A DNA stretch of 64,000 bases from an uncultured Sulfitobacter sp. (GTDB taxonomy: Bacteria > Pseudomonadota > Alphaproteobacteria > Rhodobacterales > Rhodobacteraceae), in NCBI GenBank assembly GCA_937928635.1, contig CALFWM010000048.1:80221-144220 (forward strand), read 5' to 3'. The position numbers were made by a program, and so were the translations under genes. Shown piece after piece: positions 25,179-36,036 of this stretch. Every line of letters begins with the position of its first letter. The first letter of the stretch is position 1. A model generated the notes under the pieces. The model searched no databases. It worked only from the letters and a program-made list of their open reading frames with translations, and was not told the origin of the DNA.

Positions 25179-25206
25179 GTTCAGGGCGGCTGCGGCTGCC
25201 CTGAAC
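25179..25206 (+). promoter_or_regulatory. intra-operon hairpin GTTCAGGGC-N10-GCCCTGAAC between the SBP and permease genes
   Basis: Read directly; a 9-bp perfect stem. Such hairpins after SBP genes commonly stabilise or attenuate transcripts. There is no U-tract. Confidence 0.4.
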
Positions 25207-25231
25207 CACATCCTGAACGGGTCACCTCCCC

Positions 25232-26083
25232 ATGATGCAGATCATTGTCCAAGGGCTGTTGCTGAGCGGCCTTTATGCGCTCATCGCGATGGGTTTTATG
25301 CTGATCTTCTCGATCGGGCGCACGCTGAACCTTGCCTATGGCGCCTACATCATGGTGGGCGGCTATATGTACTTCTGGCTGTCCCAGCAGTTGGGCATGC
25401 CTCAGGTGATCGGCTTTTTGGGCGCGGTCTCTGTGGGTGCGCTGATCGGGTTGCTCAAGCATCGATTGATCGTCAAACCGCTTAAGGGTGACGCGGTCGC
25501 CGTTGAGATTGCGACCCTGATCCTTGCACTCATCACGCAGTTCGCCTTGGTGTTGATCTTTGGTGATGCGTCAAAAATCCTGCTGCCCCTGATCCCTGGT
25601 GTGGTCACGGTGGCGGGTGCGCAAGTCACTTATAACATCCTTGCCGCCACGGTGATGAGCTGGATTATTATCCTTGCGCTGTATGCGTTTGTGCGCGGCA
25701 CTCACACAGGCCGTGCCATGCAGGCCGTGTCGATGGATGAAAAGGGCGCGGCTATCTCCGGGATCGACCCGGATCGGATCAACATGATTACCTGGGGGAT
25801 TTCCGGTGCATTGGGCGCAGCGGGTGGCGTGTTTTTTGCAAGTTATACGCAACTCAGCCCACAGATGTGGCTTGCCCCGGTGATTATCTCTGTAGCGATT
25901 GTGATTGTTGGAGGGATTGGCTCCATCATTGGCACGCTGATCGTAGCACATATCATTGGCTTTCTGGAAATCACTGTGGTTGCCGTATTGGCTCCCGAAC
26001 TGCGCGGCGTACTTACAATGGTGTTGATCATCGGTGTGCTGATCATGCGCCCTCAGGGCCTGTTCGGGCGGGAGGAGCACTAG
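25232..26083 (+). CDS. branched-chain-amino-acid-type ABC permease (LivH-like)
   Basis: 283 aa polytopic membrane protein; 'GLLLSGLYALIAMGFMLIFS' and 'GGIGSIIGTLI' are LivH-family features. Confidence 0.85.
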   Translation: MMQIIVQGLLLSGLYALIAMGFMLIFSIGRTLNLAYGAYIMVGGYMYFWLSQQLGMPQVIGFLGAVSVGALIGLLKHRLIVKPLKGDAVAVEIATLILALITQFALVLIFGDASKILLPLIPGVVTVAGAQVTYNILAATVMSWIIILALYAFVRGTHTGRAMQAVSMDEKGAAISGIDPDRINMITWGISGALGAAGGVFFASYTQLSPQMWLAPVIISVAIVIVGGIGSIIGTLIVAHIIGFLEITVVAVLAPELRGVLTMVLIIGVLIMRPQGLFGREEH

Positions 26084-27081
26084 ATGGACCTACGCCCGCA
26101 TCACTTCATCCTTTGGGGTCTGTTCATCGCAGCCATGCTGCTGATGCCGGAACTGGTCAGCAAGGGCACGCTGCGCACGATGATTTTTGCCTGTTACCTC
26201 GCTATGTTCGCAATCTCTTGGGATATTCTGTCGGGGCGTACCGGGTATATTTCATTTGGGCATCCGTTTCTGATTGGCATTGGGGCCTATACCACCGCGA
26301 TCCTGACACGGCGCTATGGATTTCCAGTGGAGGCCTCAATCCCCATCGCAGTTGTTGTCACCATGTTTGGCGGGTTGATTGTGTTACTGCCTGCCTTGCG
26401 GATCAAAGGCAGCTATTTCGCTCTGGTCACCCTGGCGGTGATGGAGCTGATGCTGCAATTGATCCCTGTCGTTCGCCCCGATCTGACCGCTGGCACGCGG
26501 GGGATCTCTCGTTTGCCCGCTCTGACGCGCGGGGCAGAGGACGGATATTATTTGGCCGTAGGGCTGATGCTGGCGATAGCGCTCTTTGCATGGCTGTTGA
26601 TGCGCACGCGGCTGGGGACGGCGCTTTGGGCGATTGGCATGAATGAGGAAAGCGTGCGCGGCTCTGGCTTGTCCACTACCCGGCTGAAAAGTTTTGCCTT
26701 TCTGGTGTCCGCTGCGATTGCCGGGCTGGCCGGCGCTTTTTACGCGCACCACCTCGGCGCTGTTACACCCCGCTCGATCTTTGATGTAAACCTACTGTTC
26801 CAGATTATTGTGGCCTGTTTGCTAGGGGGGCAGGCACCATTTTTGGACCCATCATTGGCGCATTCTTCATGGTGTTTTTGTTGGCGTACCTGCGTTCGGC
26901 AATCAGCACTGAGATGGTCGAGCTATGGCCATTTCTGGAGCCAGTTCAGTTTGCGCTCAAGGGACAGGGCCGGTTCTTTGTCTATGCGCTGATCGCCTTA
27001 TTGCTCTATATGTATCAACCCAAAGGCATCATGGCGATTGGTGAAAGCCTGTGGACCAAGCTGCGGAGGTCACGCTCATGA
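26084..27081 (+). pseudogene. LivM-like ABC permease interrupted by a -1 frameshift in a G6 run (26825-26830); either a sequencing error or a real inactivation
   Basis: Frame 1 (26084..) reads '...CLLGGQAPFLDPS...' and then becomes nonsense. Shifting by one base at the G-run restores the canonical LivM motif 'LLGG(A)GTIFGPIIGAFFMVFL' and runs to the TGA at 27079-27081. That stop overlaps the next gene's ATG (27078) in an ATGA. Confidence 0.7.
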
Positions 27082-27809
27082 CTGTTGCACTGGAAGTCCG
27101 CAATCTGGTCAAAAAATTTGGCGGTCTGGTCGCCACAAATGATCTGAGCTTTGATCTGGCGGAAGGGGAATCGCTTGGTCTCATTGGCCCGAATGGCGCG
27201 GGCAAGACCACCGTTTTCTCCCAAGTTATGGGCGAATTACGCCAAACCTCTGGCACCATCAAACTGTTTGGCACTGAGATTTCCGGCCTGTCTACCGCGC
27301 AACGCATCGCGCGGGGCGTCAGCCGGACCTATCAGGTGCCGCGCCCCTTTGCAGACCTCAGCGTGCGGGAAAATATCCGGGTTGGCCTGATGCCAGATTC
27401 CTTACGCGCGATGATCTTTGGCGCGGCGGACAAGAACCGCGAGGCGGAGTTGGCGCAATCTATTGGCTTTTCCCCGGCTGACCTGGAGCGGCCGGCCTCA
27501 GAGCTGTCGATGGGCGATCTGCGCAAGCTGGAATTTGCCCGCACGTTGGCCACTGGAGCAAAAGTCCTGCTGCTTGATGAAGTCTTTGCTGGGCTCACCA
27601 CGGGTGAGATTTCCCAGATTGCCGCACTGATTCAGGACCTGCGCGCGCGCGGATTTACCTTTCTGATGGTCAGCCACGACTTGCCCGCGATGGAGCCGCT
27701 GGTGGACCGCGCCCTTGCAATCGAACGCGGCACTTTGCTGGCCCAAGGGCCCTTTGCCGAGGTGCTTTCAGACGCTGCTGTGCGTGCCTCATATCTGGGG
27801 GTCGCGTGA
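27078..27809 (+). CDS. ABC transporter ATP-binding protein (LivG-like)
   Basis: ORF track 27051..27809. I trimmed to the ATG at 27078 ('MTVALEVRNLVKKFGG'). Walker A 'GPNGAGKTT', signature 'LSMGDLRKLE', Walker B 'LLLDE'. Confidence 0.85.
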   Translation: MTVALEVRNLVKKFGGLVATNDLSFDLAEGESLGLIGPNGAGKTTVFSQVMGELRQTSGTIKLFGTEISGLSTAQRIARGVSRTYQVPRPFADLSVRENIRVGLMPDSLRAMIFGAADKNREAELAQSIGFSPADLERPASELSMGDLRKLEFARTLATGAKVLLLDEVFAGLTTGEISQIAALIQDLRARGFTFLMVSHDLPAMEPLVDRALAIERGTLLAQGPFAEVLSDAAVRASYLGVA

Positions 27810-28507
27810 TGATCCGTGTTGAAAATCTCTCAGCATTTTATGGCAAGGCGCAAGCGTTGCGCGACGTGTCGTTGCACGTCGATGAGGGTGAGACGATTGC
27901 GATTGTCGGTGCCAATGGCGCAGGTAAATCCACGCTGCTCGACAGTATTATGGGGCTTGTGCGCAACACGGGCAGCATCACGATGGACGGGCAGGACATT
28001 ACCGGACGCAAGCCCGCCGATATGGTGCGCATGGGCATTGGTTATGCGCCGGAACGGTTCAACCTGTTCCCGCACATGACGGTGCGCGACAACCTGCTGG
28101 TGGGGGCCTATACCGCGCGCGATGAGATTGAAAAAAACATGGCCGCCGTGCACCGCCTGTTCCCGCGATTGGCCGAGCGGGAGGGCCAAGAGACCTCAAC
28201 CCAGTCAGGCGGAGAGCGGCAGATGGTGTCACTGGGCCGTGCTTTGATGACCAACCCGCGTGTGTTGCTGGTGGACGAACCGACCATTGGTCTGGCCCCA
28301 AAAGTTTGCGTTGAGATCGCAGAGGTGCTCAAAAGGCTCAGCGCCGAAAGGGGACTGACCGTGATCGTTACCGAACAGAATACAAATTTCGCGCTATCGC
28401 TGGCCAGTCGTTTGTATGTGCTGGAAGGGGGTCATGTGACAGCCGAAGGAACAGCCGATGAGCTGTCAAAGGACGATCAATTGGCCAAGAGTTACTTCGG
28501 CGCCTGA
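27806..28507 (+). CDS. ABC transporter ATP-binding protein (LivF-like)
   Basis: 233 aa. 'GANGAGKSTLL', 'QSGGERQMVSLGRAL', 'LLVDEPTIGLAP'. ATGA overlap with the upstream gene. Confidence 0.9.
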   Translation: MMIRVENLSAFYGKAQALRDVSLHVDEGETIAIVGANGAGKSTLLDSIMGLVRNTGSITMDGQDITGRKPADMVRMGIGYAPERFNLFPHMTVRDNLLVGAYTARDEIEKNMAAVHRLFPRLAEREGQETSTQSGGERQMVSLGRALMTNPRVLLVDEPTIGLAPKVCVEIAEVLKRLSAERGLTVIVTEQNTNFALSLASRLYVLEGGHVTAEGTADELSKDDQLAKSYFGA

Positions 28508-28509
28508 GA

Positions 28510-29964
28510 TCAGGTGGAAAGCAACGGCGGGGGCACATAGCCACCTATCTCAGCTTCCACCGCGCGCGCAAACGCCAGTGCAGTGTAGTCGCGCCCATGC
28601 CCGGTGATCGCCTGATACCCCACAGGCAATCCGCTGATTTGATCCATCGGACCAACGATCGAGGGCAACCCAACCACCCCGGAATAGCCGGACCAGAACA
28701 GTTGCAGCGGTTCCAGCTGTGGCTTGCCGTTCACCTCAATGAAGCGCATTTGACGCGAGCCAACTTCATCGCGCAAAAATGCAGGACCTGCACAGACGGG
28801 GGCAAGGATCACGTCAAAATCCTCAAAGAACGCATCAAACTTCAGGCGTGCGATGCGGCGTTGATTGTCCAGCGCCATCCATTCCCGGTGGCTGATGGTG
28901 GCGCCCGACATGCGCGTGCCACCCACACGCTGGATGATCGGATCGGCGTCTTTGAACGGCGCTGCGGCGGCTTCTGCTTCTTCATCTGACATACCAAACG
29001 ACAGGGCCGCTCCAAGCAATTTCAGGTAGAGTGAAAAATGTGCCTCGCTGTCGATGTCGGGCAATTGATTGCGCACAACTGTCGCGCCTTGCTTTTCGAG
29101 GGCGTCCGCAAAGAAGGACAATGCATCCAAATAAGCGGATTCCACCGGAGAAGCCGTATCCCCCAACGTCAACGCAATCCTGAAATCCTTGAGCCTGTGG
29201 CGATGGTCAGCGGGCAGGCCCAGCGCATATTGCGACCCCTCAAACCGGGATGGTCCGGCAAGGATATGCGTGGCCAGCGTCAAATCCTCCGCAGTGCGCG
29301 CCAGTGGTCCGCCCACACCAATGTCGATATCGCCAAACCATCCGTCCGGCAGATGGCCCTGCATCGACACAGCATTCCATGTGGGTTTCAGACCAAAAAT
29401 GCCGTTGTAATGCGCTGGGTTGCGGATGGAGGAGCCGATGTCGCTGCCCACTTCCAGTGCGGACATGCCTGTGGTGATCGCCACGCCCGCGCCGCCGGAG
29501 GAGCCGCCGGGCGTGCGGGTTTCATCCCATGGGCTGAGCGTGCTGCCGTAGATTTCGTTAAAGGTCTGCCATTCAACCAGCTTCAGCGGCACGTTGGTTT
29601 TGCCATAGATGATCCCGCCTGCGGCGCGGTAGCGGGCAACGGCATCTGAGTCCGTATCGCGTATGTTATCCGCCCACTCGGGGATGCCCCACGTGGTCGG
29701 GCTGCCCGCCAGATCAAAACTCTCTTTCACGGTGATCGGCACGCCGTGCAGGGGGCCGCGCGATTGGCCTTTGGCAGTCTCTGCATCGCAGGCCTGCGCC
29801 TGCGCCATCGCGCCGTCGCGATTTTGCCAGATCACCGCGTTTAGCTTGGGATTCAAAGCATCAACCCGCGCAAAGGTCTGGGTCAACAGTTCAACGGCCG
29901 AGACCTCACCCGACGCGATAGCCGCCGCTTGCGCAGTGGCCGATGAAAGCAGCAGATCGGACAT
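28510..29964 (-). CDS. amidase (amidase-signature family)
   Basis: 484 aa with the AS signature 'GGSSGGAGVAITTGMSALEVGSDIGSSIRNPA'. Confidence 0.9.
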   Translation of the reverse strand: MSDLLLSSATAQAAAIASGEVSAVELLTQTFARVDALNPKLNAVIWQNRDGAMAQAQACDAETAKGQSRGPLHGVPITVKESFDLAGSPTTWGIPEWADNIRDTDSDAVARYRAAGGIIYGKTNVPLKLVEWQTFNEIYGSTLSPWDETRTPGGSSGGAGVAITTGMSALEVGSDIGSSIRNPAHYNGIFGLKPTWNAVSMQGHLPDGWFGDIDIGVGGPLARTAEDLTLATHILAGPSRFEGSQYALGLPADHRHRLKDFRIALTLGDTASPVESAYLDALSFFADALEKQGATVVRNQLPDIDSEAHFSLYLKLLGAALSFGMSDEEAEAAAAPFKDADPIIQRVGGTRMSGATISHREWMALDNQRRIARLKFDAFFEDFDVILAPVCAGPAFLRDEVGSRQMRFIEVNGKPQLEPLQLFWSGYSGVVGLPSIVGPMDQISGLPVGYQAITGHGRDYTALAFARAVEAEIGGYVPPPLLST

Positions 29965-30035
29965 GGTTCACCCCTTTGACGATGCGTGTCAGTGTCACCG
30001 TACAACGGCAAGACAGGCTGTCAAAGGAATGGAGA

Positions 30036-31337
30036 TCAAAGGTAGCGGTTTACCAGATTTTCGAGGCGTTCCTGACGGCCCGAACGCGGCTCAGGGTTCA
30101 CATTATCCGCGATGACCTGTGCGGTGATGGCGTCCAGATCACTGGCCATCAGGGCCTTGCCCCCTGATGAATCCCAGCCTGCGTAACGGGCATCGCGCGC
30201 GGCTTCCAGCTTGCCGTCTTTCAGCATCGCTGCGGCCGCCTTGAGACCAGCGGCACAGGCATCCATACCACCGACGTGGGCCAGGATCAGATCTTCTGCA
30301 TCCAAAGACTGGCGGCGCAGTTTGGCGTCAAAGTTCGTGCCACCGGTTGTAAACCCACCCGCGCGCAGAACCTCGTAATAGGCCAGCGCCATTTCTGGCA
30401 CGTTGTTGGGGAACTGGTCCGTGTCCCAGCCGGATTGGTAGTCATTCCGGTTCATATCAATAGAGCCAAAGATGCCCAGCTCCCGCGCCAATGCCAGCTC
30501 ATGTTCAAAGCTATGTCCGGCCAAAATCGCATGACCCTGTTCGATGTTGACCTGCACTTCGCCCTCAAGGCCAAAGTCCTTGAGAAAGCCGTACACAGTC
30601 GCCACATCGTAATCATACTGGTGCTTGGTGGGTTCCTGCGGCTTGGGCTCAATCAGGATCGCGCCTTTGAACCCCATCTTGTGTTTGTAATCGACGACCA
30701 TCTGCAACATACGGCCCGCCTGCGCGCGTTCGCGGCCCATGTCAGTATTGAGCAGGGTCTCATAGCCTTCACGTCCGCCCCACAGCACGTAGTTTTCGCC
30801 GCCCAGTTTCATCGTCGCATCCATGCAGGATTTGATGGTGGCGGCAGAGAAAGCAAACACCTCCGGGTCAGGGTTGGTGGCCGCACCGGCCATGAACCGG
30901 CGGTGCGAAAACAGGTTTGCCGTGCCCCAGAGCAGTTTCATGCCAGAGGCGTCCATTTTTTCGCCAAAATAGTCGATGATTTCCTCTAGCCGCGATGTGT
31001 TTTCGGCATAGTTTGCGCCCTCGGGCCGTACATCCGCGTCGTGAAAACAAAAGAACGGCACGCCGAGAATGCGGAACATCTCAAACGCGATATCCGCCTT
31101 GAGCCGGGCGTCGGCCATTGTGTCGCCAAACCAGGGGCGCTCAAAGGTTTGACCACCAAAAGGGTCACCGCCGGGCCAGGCAAATGAGTGCCAATAGGCG
31201 CAGGCAAAGCGCAGGTGATCTGCCATGCTTTTCCCGTCCAGCATTTCAGCGGGGTTGTAGTGGCGGAAGGCAAAGTCATTGTCTGATCCGGTCCCCTCAA
31301 AGGGGATGGCCGGAATGTCTTTGAAAAAATCGGTCAT
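30036..31337 (-). CDS. xylA: xylose isomerase
   Basis: 433 aa. 'FAFRHYNP', '[10 protein letters not shown]', 'FCFHDAD', '[17 protein letters not shown]', 'VNIEQGHA'. Confidence 0.95.
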   Translation of the reverse strand: MTDFFKDIPAIPFEGTGSDNDFAFRHYNPAEMLDGKSMADHLRFACAYWHSFAWPGGDPFGGQTFERPWFGDTMADARLKADIAFEMFRILGVPFFCFHDADVRPEGANYAENTSRLEEIIDYFGEKMDASGMKLLWGTANLFSHRRFMAGAATNPDPEVFAFSAATIKSCMDATMKLGGENYVLWGGREGYETLLNTDMGRERAQAGRMLQMVVDYKHKMGFKGAILIEPKPQEPTKHQYDYDVATVYGFLKDFGLEGEVQVNIEQGHAILAGHSFEHELALARELGIFGSIDMNRNDYQSGWDTDQFPNNVPEMALAYYEVLRAGGFTTGGTNFDAKLRRQSLDAEDLILAHVGGMDACAAGLKAAAAMLKDGKLEAARDARYAGWDSSGGKALMASDLDAITAQVIADNVNPEPRSGRQERLENLVNRYL

Positions 31338-31338
31338 G

Positions 31339-32772
31339 TCAGAGGTCCTTTAGGGCCGCGTAGGCAGATTGATATGTTGTATGCGCCGCCGCAAACGCAT
31401 CAGAAAGATTGCGCTGCGGTTCTATTGTTTTGGCAATGGGGGGCAGCGTGGCAACAGCGGCATCTGCGCCCGTGGCCATCATCCCCAGACGGGCTGCACC
31501 AAGGGCGGCACCAAAATCACCAGCTTCGGGCACGTTGAGCGGAATGTTCAAGGTGGTGGCCAAGAGCGACAGCCAATAATCAGATTTGGAGCCCCCACCA
31601 AGGGCAAGCGCATCGCTGATCTGTGTACCAGTTGCACCCAGGGCCTGTTGGCAATCGGCAAAGGCATAGCTCACGCCTTCCAGCACCGCGCGGGTGGCAG
31701 CGCGGGCGTCCGTTGCGTGATCCAGATGCAGGAACTGCCCACGAATTTGGGCATCGTTATGGGGTGTACGCTCCCCTCCCAGATAGGGCAGGAACAGGGT
31801 CTTGCTTGGCACCTGCAGATCGCCCAGATCAGACGTCAGCGCAGCGGCACTCTGCCCGGTCAGGCGCGAGAGCCATTCAAGTGCATCGGTGGCCGCAAGG
31901 ATCACACCCATCTGGTGCCATGTGTCTGGCACCGCGTGGCAAAAAGTATGCACAGCTGTGGCAGGGTCCGGGCGATAGGCATCATTGGCCGCAAACAAAA
32001 CACCAGAGGTGCCAAGCGACAAAAACGCGGTGCCATCACGCACAACGCCGGCCCCAATGGCGGCGGCTGCATTGTCTCCCGCGCCACCTGCAACGGTCAT
32101 CTGGGGCAGGCCAAGTTTGTCGGCCAAATCTGCGCGCAAGGTGCCGGAGGCCGCAGATCCTTCAACCAGAGCGGGCATATGTTCACGGGTCAGATGGCAT
32201 TTACTCAGCAACTCATCCGACCAATCCCGCGCGCCCGTGTCGAGCCATGCCGTGCCTGCGGCATCCGACATTTCCGAAACATGTTCACCCGTCAGGAACA
32301 GACGCAGATAATCTTTTGGCAAAAGAACCTTGGCGATTTTATCAAATATCTTCGGCTCATTTTCGCGGACCCAATCCACCTTGGGGGCGGTGAATCCAGG
32401 AAAGACAATGTTGCCCGTGGCAGTACGAAAAACAGGATCGTTGTCCATCGCGGCAGCCTGTTGATGGCTGCGCGTGTCGTTCCACAACATGCAAGGGCGC
32501 AGGGGCATGTCATCTGCGCCAATCAACGTCGCACCATGCATATGGCCCGACAGGCCCATGCCGGTCACATCACTGCAATCGACCTTTGCGGACAATGCCA
32601 TCAGGGCTGTAACGGCAGCGGTGCACCAGCTTGCGGGGTCTTGCTCTGACCATCCATCGTGGCGCCGCTCCACGCTAAGTGGTTCGGTATGTTCACCCAA
32701 AACGCATTGCGTCTCGTCGATGACGATCGCCTTTAACGAGGATGTGCCAAGATCAAGCCCGATGTACTTCAC
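31339..32772 (-). CDS. xylB: xylulokinase (FGGY family)
   Basis: 477 aa. '[15 protein letters not shown]' and 'GGGSKSDYW'; adjacent to xylA. Confidence 0.9.
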   Translation of the reverse strand: MKYIGLDLGTSSLKAIVIDETQCVLGEHTEPLSVERRHDGWSEQDPASWCTAAVTALMALSAKVDCSDVTGMGLSGHMHGATLIGADDMPLRPCMLWNDTRSHQQAAAMDNDPVFRTATGNIVFPGFTAPKVDWVRENEPKIFDKIAKVLLPKDYLRLFLTGEHVSEMSDAAGTAWLDTGARDWSDELLSKCHLTREHMPALVEGSAASGTLRADLADKLGLPQMTVAGGAGDNAAAAIGAGVVRDGTAFLSLGTSGVLFAANDAYRPDPATAVHTFCHAVPDTWHQMGVILAATDALEWLSRLTGQSAAALTSDLGDLQVPSKTLFLPYLGGERTPHNDAQIRGQFLHLDHATDARAATRAVLEGVSYAFADCQQALGATGTQISDALALGGGSKSDYWLSLLATTLNIPLNVPEAGDFGAALGAARLGMMATGADAAVATLPPIAKTIEPQRNLSDAFAAAHTTYQSAYAALKDL

Positions 32773-33518
32773 GCCGCATCCTTTGGATTCTTACCAAGAA
32801 TGATCATCGACAGAATATCGTCTTCGGTGACGTCTTCAACCCGCTCTGCACCCACCATCTGACCGTTCTTCATCACTGCAACGCGGTCACAAAGCTCCAT
32901 CATTTCGCGCGTGTCGTGGCTGATCAGAAAGATCCCCAAACCCTGTTTCTTGAGCTCCTGGATCAGTTCGGCAACCATAGCTGTTTCATGCACACCGAGG
33001 GCCGCTGTGGGCTCATCCATGATCAAAATCTTGGCGTTGAAATAAACAGCGCGGGCAATTGCAACGGATTGGCGCTGCCCCCCTGAAAGCGCCGACACCG
33101 GTTCCTTGAGTTTCTTAAAGTTGGGGTTAAGACGCGCCATGATCTTGCGTGTCTCTGCCTCCATCCGGTCATCATCCACAAACCCCAGTGCGGTGGTCAG
33201 CTCACGCCCCAAGAACAGGTTGGAGGCCGCATCGAGATTGTCCGCCAGCGCCAGCGTCTGATAGATGGTTTCAATGTTCTGGTCGCGGGCATCGCGGGGC
33301 GATTGGATGGTGACCTGATTGCCATTAATCCAAATCTCGCCGCTGTCCATCTTGTAGGCGCCCGACAGCATCTTGATCAGCGTCGATTTGCCTGCCCCAT
33401 TGTGGCCCAGCAGGCCAACCACTTCACCTGCGTGCAGCTGGATGGAACAACTGTCGACCGCCTGAACACCACCAAAAGCGATGGAGACGTTTTTCATTTC
33501 TACCAAAGGACTGGTCAT
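32769..33518 (-). CDS. xylG: sugar ABC transporter ATP-binding protein (single-cassette alphaproteobacterial XylG type)
   Basis: 249 aa. 'GHNGAGKSTL', 'LSGGQRQSVAIARA', 'ILIMDEPTAAL'. Confidence 0.85.
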   Translation of the reverse strand: MTSPLVEMKNVSIAFGGVQAVDSCSIQLHAGEVVGLLGHNGAGKSTLIKMLSGAYKMDSGEIWINGNQVTIQSPRDARDQNIETIYQTLALADNLDAASNLFLGRELTTALGFVDDDRMEAETRKIMARLNPNFKKLKEPVSALSGGQRQSVAIARAVYFNAKILIMDEPTAALGVHETAMVAELIQELKKQGLGIFLISHDTREMMELCDRVAVMKNGQMVGAERVEDVTEDDILSMIILGKNPKDAA

Positions 33519-34814
33519 CTACTTTGCTCCCAAACGCTTGCGATATTGAATGTCGATCCAGACAGCAAAGACAAGCACAGAACCCACCACGATGTTTTGC
33601 AGCGGTGCGTCAACGCCCACCATTGCCATGCCCGATTGCAGGGATTGCATGATCAGCGCGCCCAGAATGGCACCATAGATCGTCCCGATACCCCCGGACA
33701 GGGCGGTGCCGCCAATGACAGCTGCCGCAATCACCCGGAGTTCGTCCAAGGTGCCCAGATCGTTGGAGTGGTTGGCCAGACGGCTGGAGGCCACAACCGC
33801 AGAGATGGCACACAGCACACCCATCAGCGCAAAGATTTTGACCGTCAGCATGCGTGTGTTGATGCCCGACAGTTCTGCCGCATCCGGGTTGCCACCCGTT
33901 GCAAAGATGTAGCGGCCAAACCGCGTGCGCCGCGCAATGATCGTCATGACAATCGCAATGGCAAGCAGCAGCAGCACAGAGATTGGCAATCCGTAGACTG
34001 GCGTGCATCCTTCGGCGACCTCGCAGCCGTACTTTGATGGGTCGCGGGCCACCACGCGTTCTGGCACGCTATAGTTGGTCAGGATCGCAATAAACCCGGC
34101 AATCGCAGCAGTGACGATGCCCGCCATCGCAAGTTCTGCCCAGAACGGTTTGACTGGAAAGCCATGCGCGACCTTCACGCGACGGCCATTAAAGATAAGC
34201 GCAATGGCCGCAATGATCGCGACCACGCCAAGTATCCAGCTTAATGTGCCGCCCAATGTGCCGTTGATGCCCCCGAAGGTCATGAACGTCTTATCAAGGG
34301 GGCCAATGGTCTGGCCACTGGTCTGATACCACCCGACATTGCGCCAGATCAGGAAACCACCAAGCGTTACAATAAATGCGGGGATGCCCTGATAGCCAAC
34401 AAGCCAACCATTAAATGCGCCAATCGCGCCACCCAGGACGATGCCGACAGTGATCGCAATCCATGGGATCGCCCAGTGGCCAATCTCCAGCCCCATACCG
34501 GGCAGAAAGCGCACCTGCGTCATCGCCATCAGGGCAGAGCAGGCGGCAAGGATTGCACCCACGGAGAGGTCAATGTGGCGGGTCACGATCACAAACACCA
34601 TGCCGGTTGCCATAATGGCCACGCTTGCGGTCTGGATCGTGAGGTTAAAGATGTTGCGCGGGGTCAGAAAACGCCCATCGGTCAGGATGTTGAATACAAG
34701 TGCGATCAGTACGAACGCACCAATCATTCCCAAGAGGCGCGTGTCGATTTCCAGCGTGTTGAGTAAGCCGCGTTTTGGCGCGGATTTGGGGGCTGAATTT
34801 GTCTGGTCCGACAT
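33519..34814 (-). CDS. xylH: xylose ABC transporter permease
   Basis: 431-aa polytopic membrane protein between xylG and xylF; the length and context fit XylH. Confidence 0.85.
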   Translation of the reverse strand: MSDQTNSAPKSAPKRGLLNTLEIDTRLLGMIGAFVLIALVFNILTDGRFLTPRNIFNLTIQTASVAIMATGMVFVIVTRHIDLSVGAILAACSALMAMTQVRFLPGMGLEIGHWAIPWIAITVGIVLGGAIGAFNGWLVGYQGIPAFIVTLGGFLIWRNVGWYQTSGQTIGPLDKTFMTFGGINGTLGGTLSWILGVVAIIAAIALIFNGRRVKVAHGFPVKPFWAELAMAGIVTAAIAGFIAILTNYSVPERVVARDPSKYGCEVAEGCTPVYGLPISVLLLLAIAIVMTIIARRTRFGRYIFATGGNPDAAELSGINTRMLTVKIFALMGVLCAISAVVASSRLANHSNDLGTLDELRVIAAAVIGGTALSGGIGTIYGAILGALIMQSLQSGMAMVGVDAPLQNIVVGSVLVFAVWIDIQYRKRLGAK

Positions 34815-34926
34815 CGTGCGTCCTCCGTCCGGTGGCCAGGTATCGGCACCGATGGGTCAGGTTAAGAAAAAGAGGAAAGATAAGAGGTTTCCGGCCCGCC
34901 AGTGTTTGGCGGACCGAAAGACAGGC

Positions 34927-35961
34927 TTAGTTACAAGGGGCTGGGCCACCGGTCACGCCGGCGCACAGTTTGTCCTTGGCGATCCAGCCTGCGTCCACAA
35001 CAACAGACAGGTTGTCTTTTGTTACCGGAACAGGTGCCAGGAAGCGTGCTGTCATTTTGGTGCCTGCGGGGGATTTCCACTCGCCTGCGCCAGGAACAGC
35101 TGACATGTCGCCATCGGATTTCGCCAATGAAACGGCGATTTCGCCAGCCGCTTTGCCCAGTTCACGGGCGTCTTTCCAGACGGACACGGTCTGCGTACCA
35201 GCAGCAACACGGTTCAGCGCGGCGTGGTCGCCGTCCTGACCGGAAACGGGCATGCCCTCTAGGCCTTGCGCAGTCAGCGCGGCAACAACACCACCTGCGG
35301 TGCCGTCGTTTGACGCCACAACAGCATCAACACCGTTGTCGTTTGCTGTCAGGATCTGCTCCATGTTGCGCTGTGCATTGGCGGGCAACCAGCCGTCTGT
35401 GTAGGCTTCGTCAACGATGGTGATGTCACCCGCGTCGATCGCCGCTTGCAAGACCTCCTGCTGGCCGCCACGCAGGAAGTCTGCGTTGGGGTCAGTTGGG
35501 GAACCCTTGATCATCACATAGCGGCCTTTTGGCATCGCCTCAAACACGGCGCGCGCCTGCATGCGGCCCACTTCGACGTTGTCGAACGTCAGGTAAAAGG
35601 CACGGTTGTCTTCGATCAGACGGTCATAACCCACCACCGGAATACCTTCGGCAGCGGCGGCATCAACAGCCGGGCCAATGGCGGCGCTGTCTTGTGCAAG
35701 AATGATCAGCGCGTCAACGCCCTGAGCGATCAGGCTTTCTACGTCAGCCAACTGCTTGGCAGATGATGATTGTGCGTCTGCTGAAACATAGTTGGCACCA
35801 GCAGCTTCCAATGCACCCTTGATGGCCGCCTCGTCTGTCTTCCAGCGCTCTTCCTGGAAATTTGACCAGCTTACGCCGACGGTCACGGCATGGCCGTCCG
35901 CAAACAAAGATGTGCCAAAACCGGCAACAGCAACGGCTGCCGCGATCATAAGTTTCTTCAT
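34927..35961 (-). CDS. xylF: D-xylose ABC transporter substrate-binding protein
   Basis: ORF track 34927..36027. I trimmed to the ATG at 35961 (RBS GGGAGG, signal peptide 'MKKLMIAAAVAVAGFGTSLFA'). Periplasmic sugar-binding fold. Confidence 0.85.
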   Translation of the reverse strand: MKKLMIAAAVAVAGFGTSLFADGHAVTVGVSWSNFQEERWKTDEAAIKGALEAAGANYVSADAQSSSAKQLADVESLIAQGVDALIILAQDSAAIGPAVDAAAAEGIPVVGYDRLIEDNRAFYLTFDNVEVGRMQARAVFEAMPKGRYVMIKGSPTDPNADFLRGGQQEVLQAAIDAGDITIVDEAYTDGWLPANAQRNMEQILTANDNGVDAVVASNDGTAGGVVAALTAQGLEGMPVSGQDGDHAALNRVAAGTQTVSVWKDARELGKAAGEIAVSLAKSDGDMSAVPGAGEWKSPAGTKMTARFLAPVPVTKDNLSVVVDAGWIAKDKLCAGVTGGPAPCN

Positions 35962-36036
35962 GTGTTCCTCCCAAAATGGTACGTCCGTACTTCCAGACGC
36001 CTGAGTCGGTTGTCCCGATGGCTTCACAATCTCATA

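Noticed and set aside
31369-32649. A 426-aa plus-strand ORF (and 31623..32393) lies antisense to xylB. Similar long antisense or out-of-frame ORFs occur at 8339..9136, 21987..22640, 22180..22923, 22686..23426, 25867..26646, 30276..30989, 33303..34037, 4713..5417 and 51138..51686.
   Set aside because: Each overlaps a gene with strong family-level sequence identity in another frame. Their translations are low-complexity (R/G/A/P/H-rich) without motifs. These are GC-rich stop-codon-poor artefacts.
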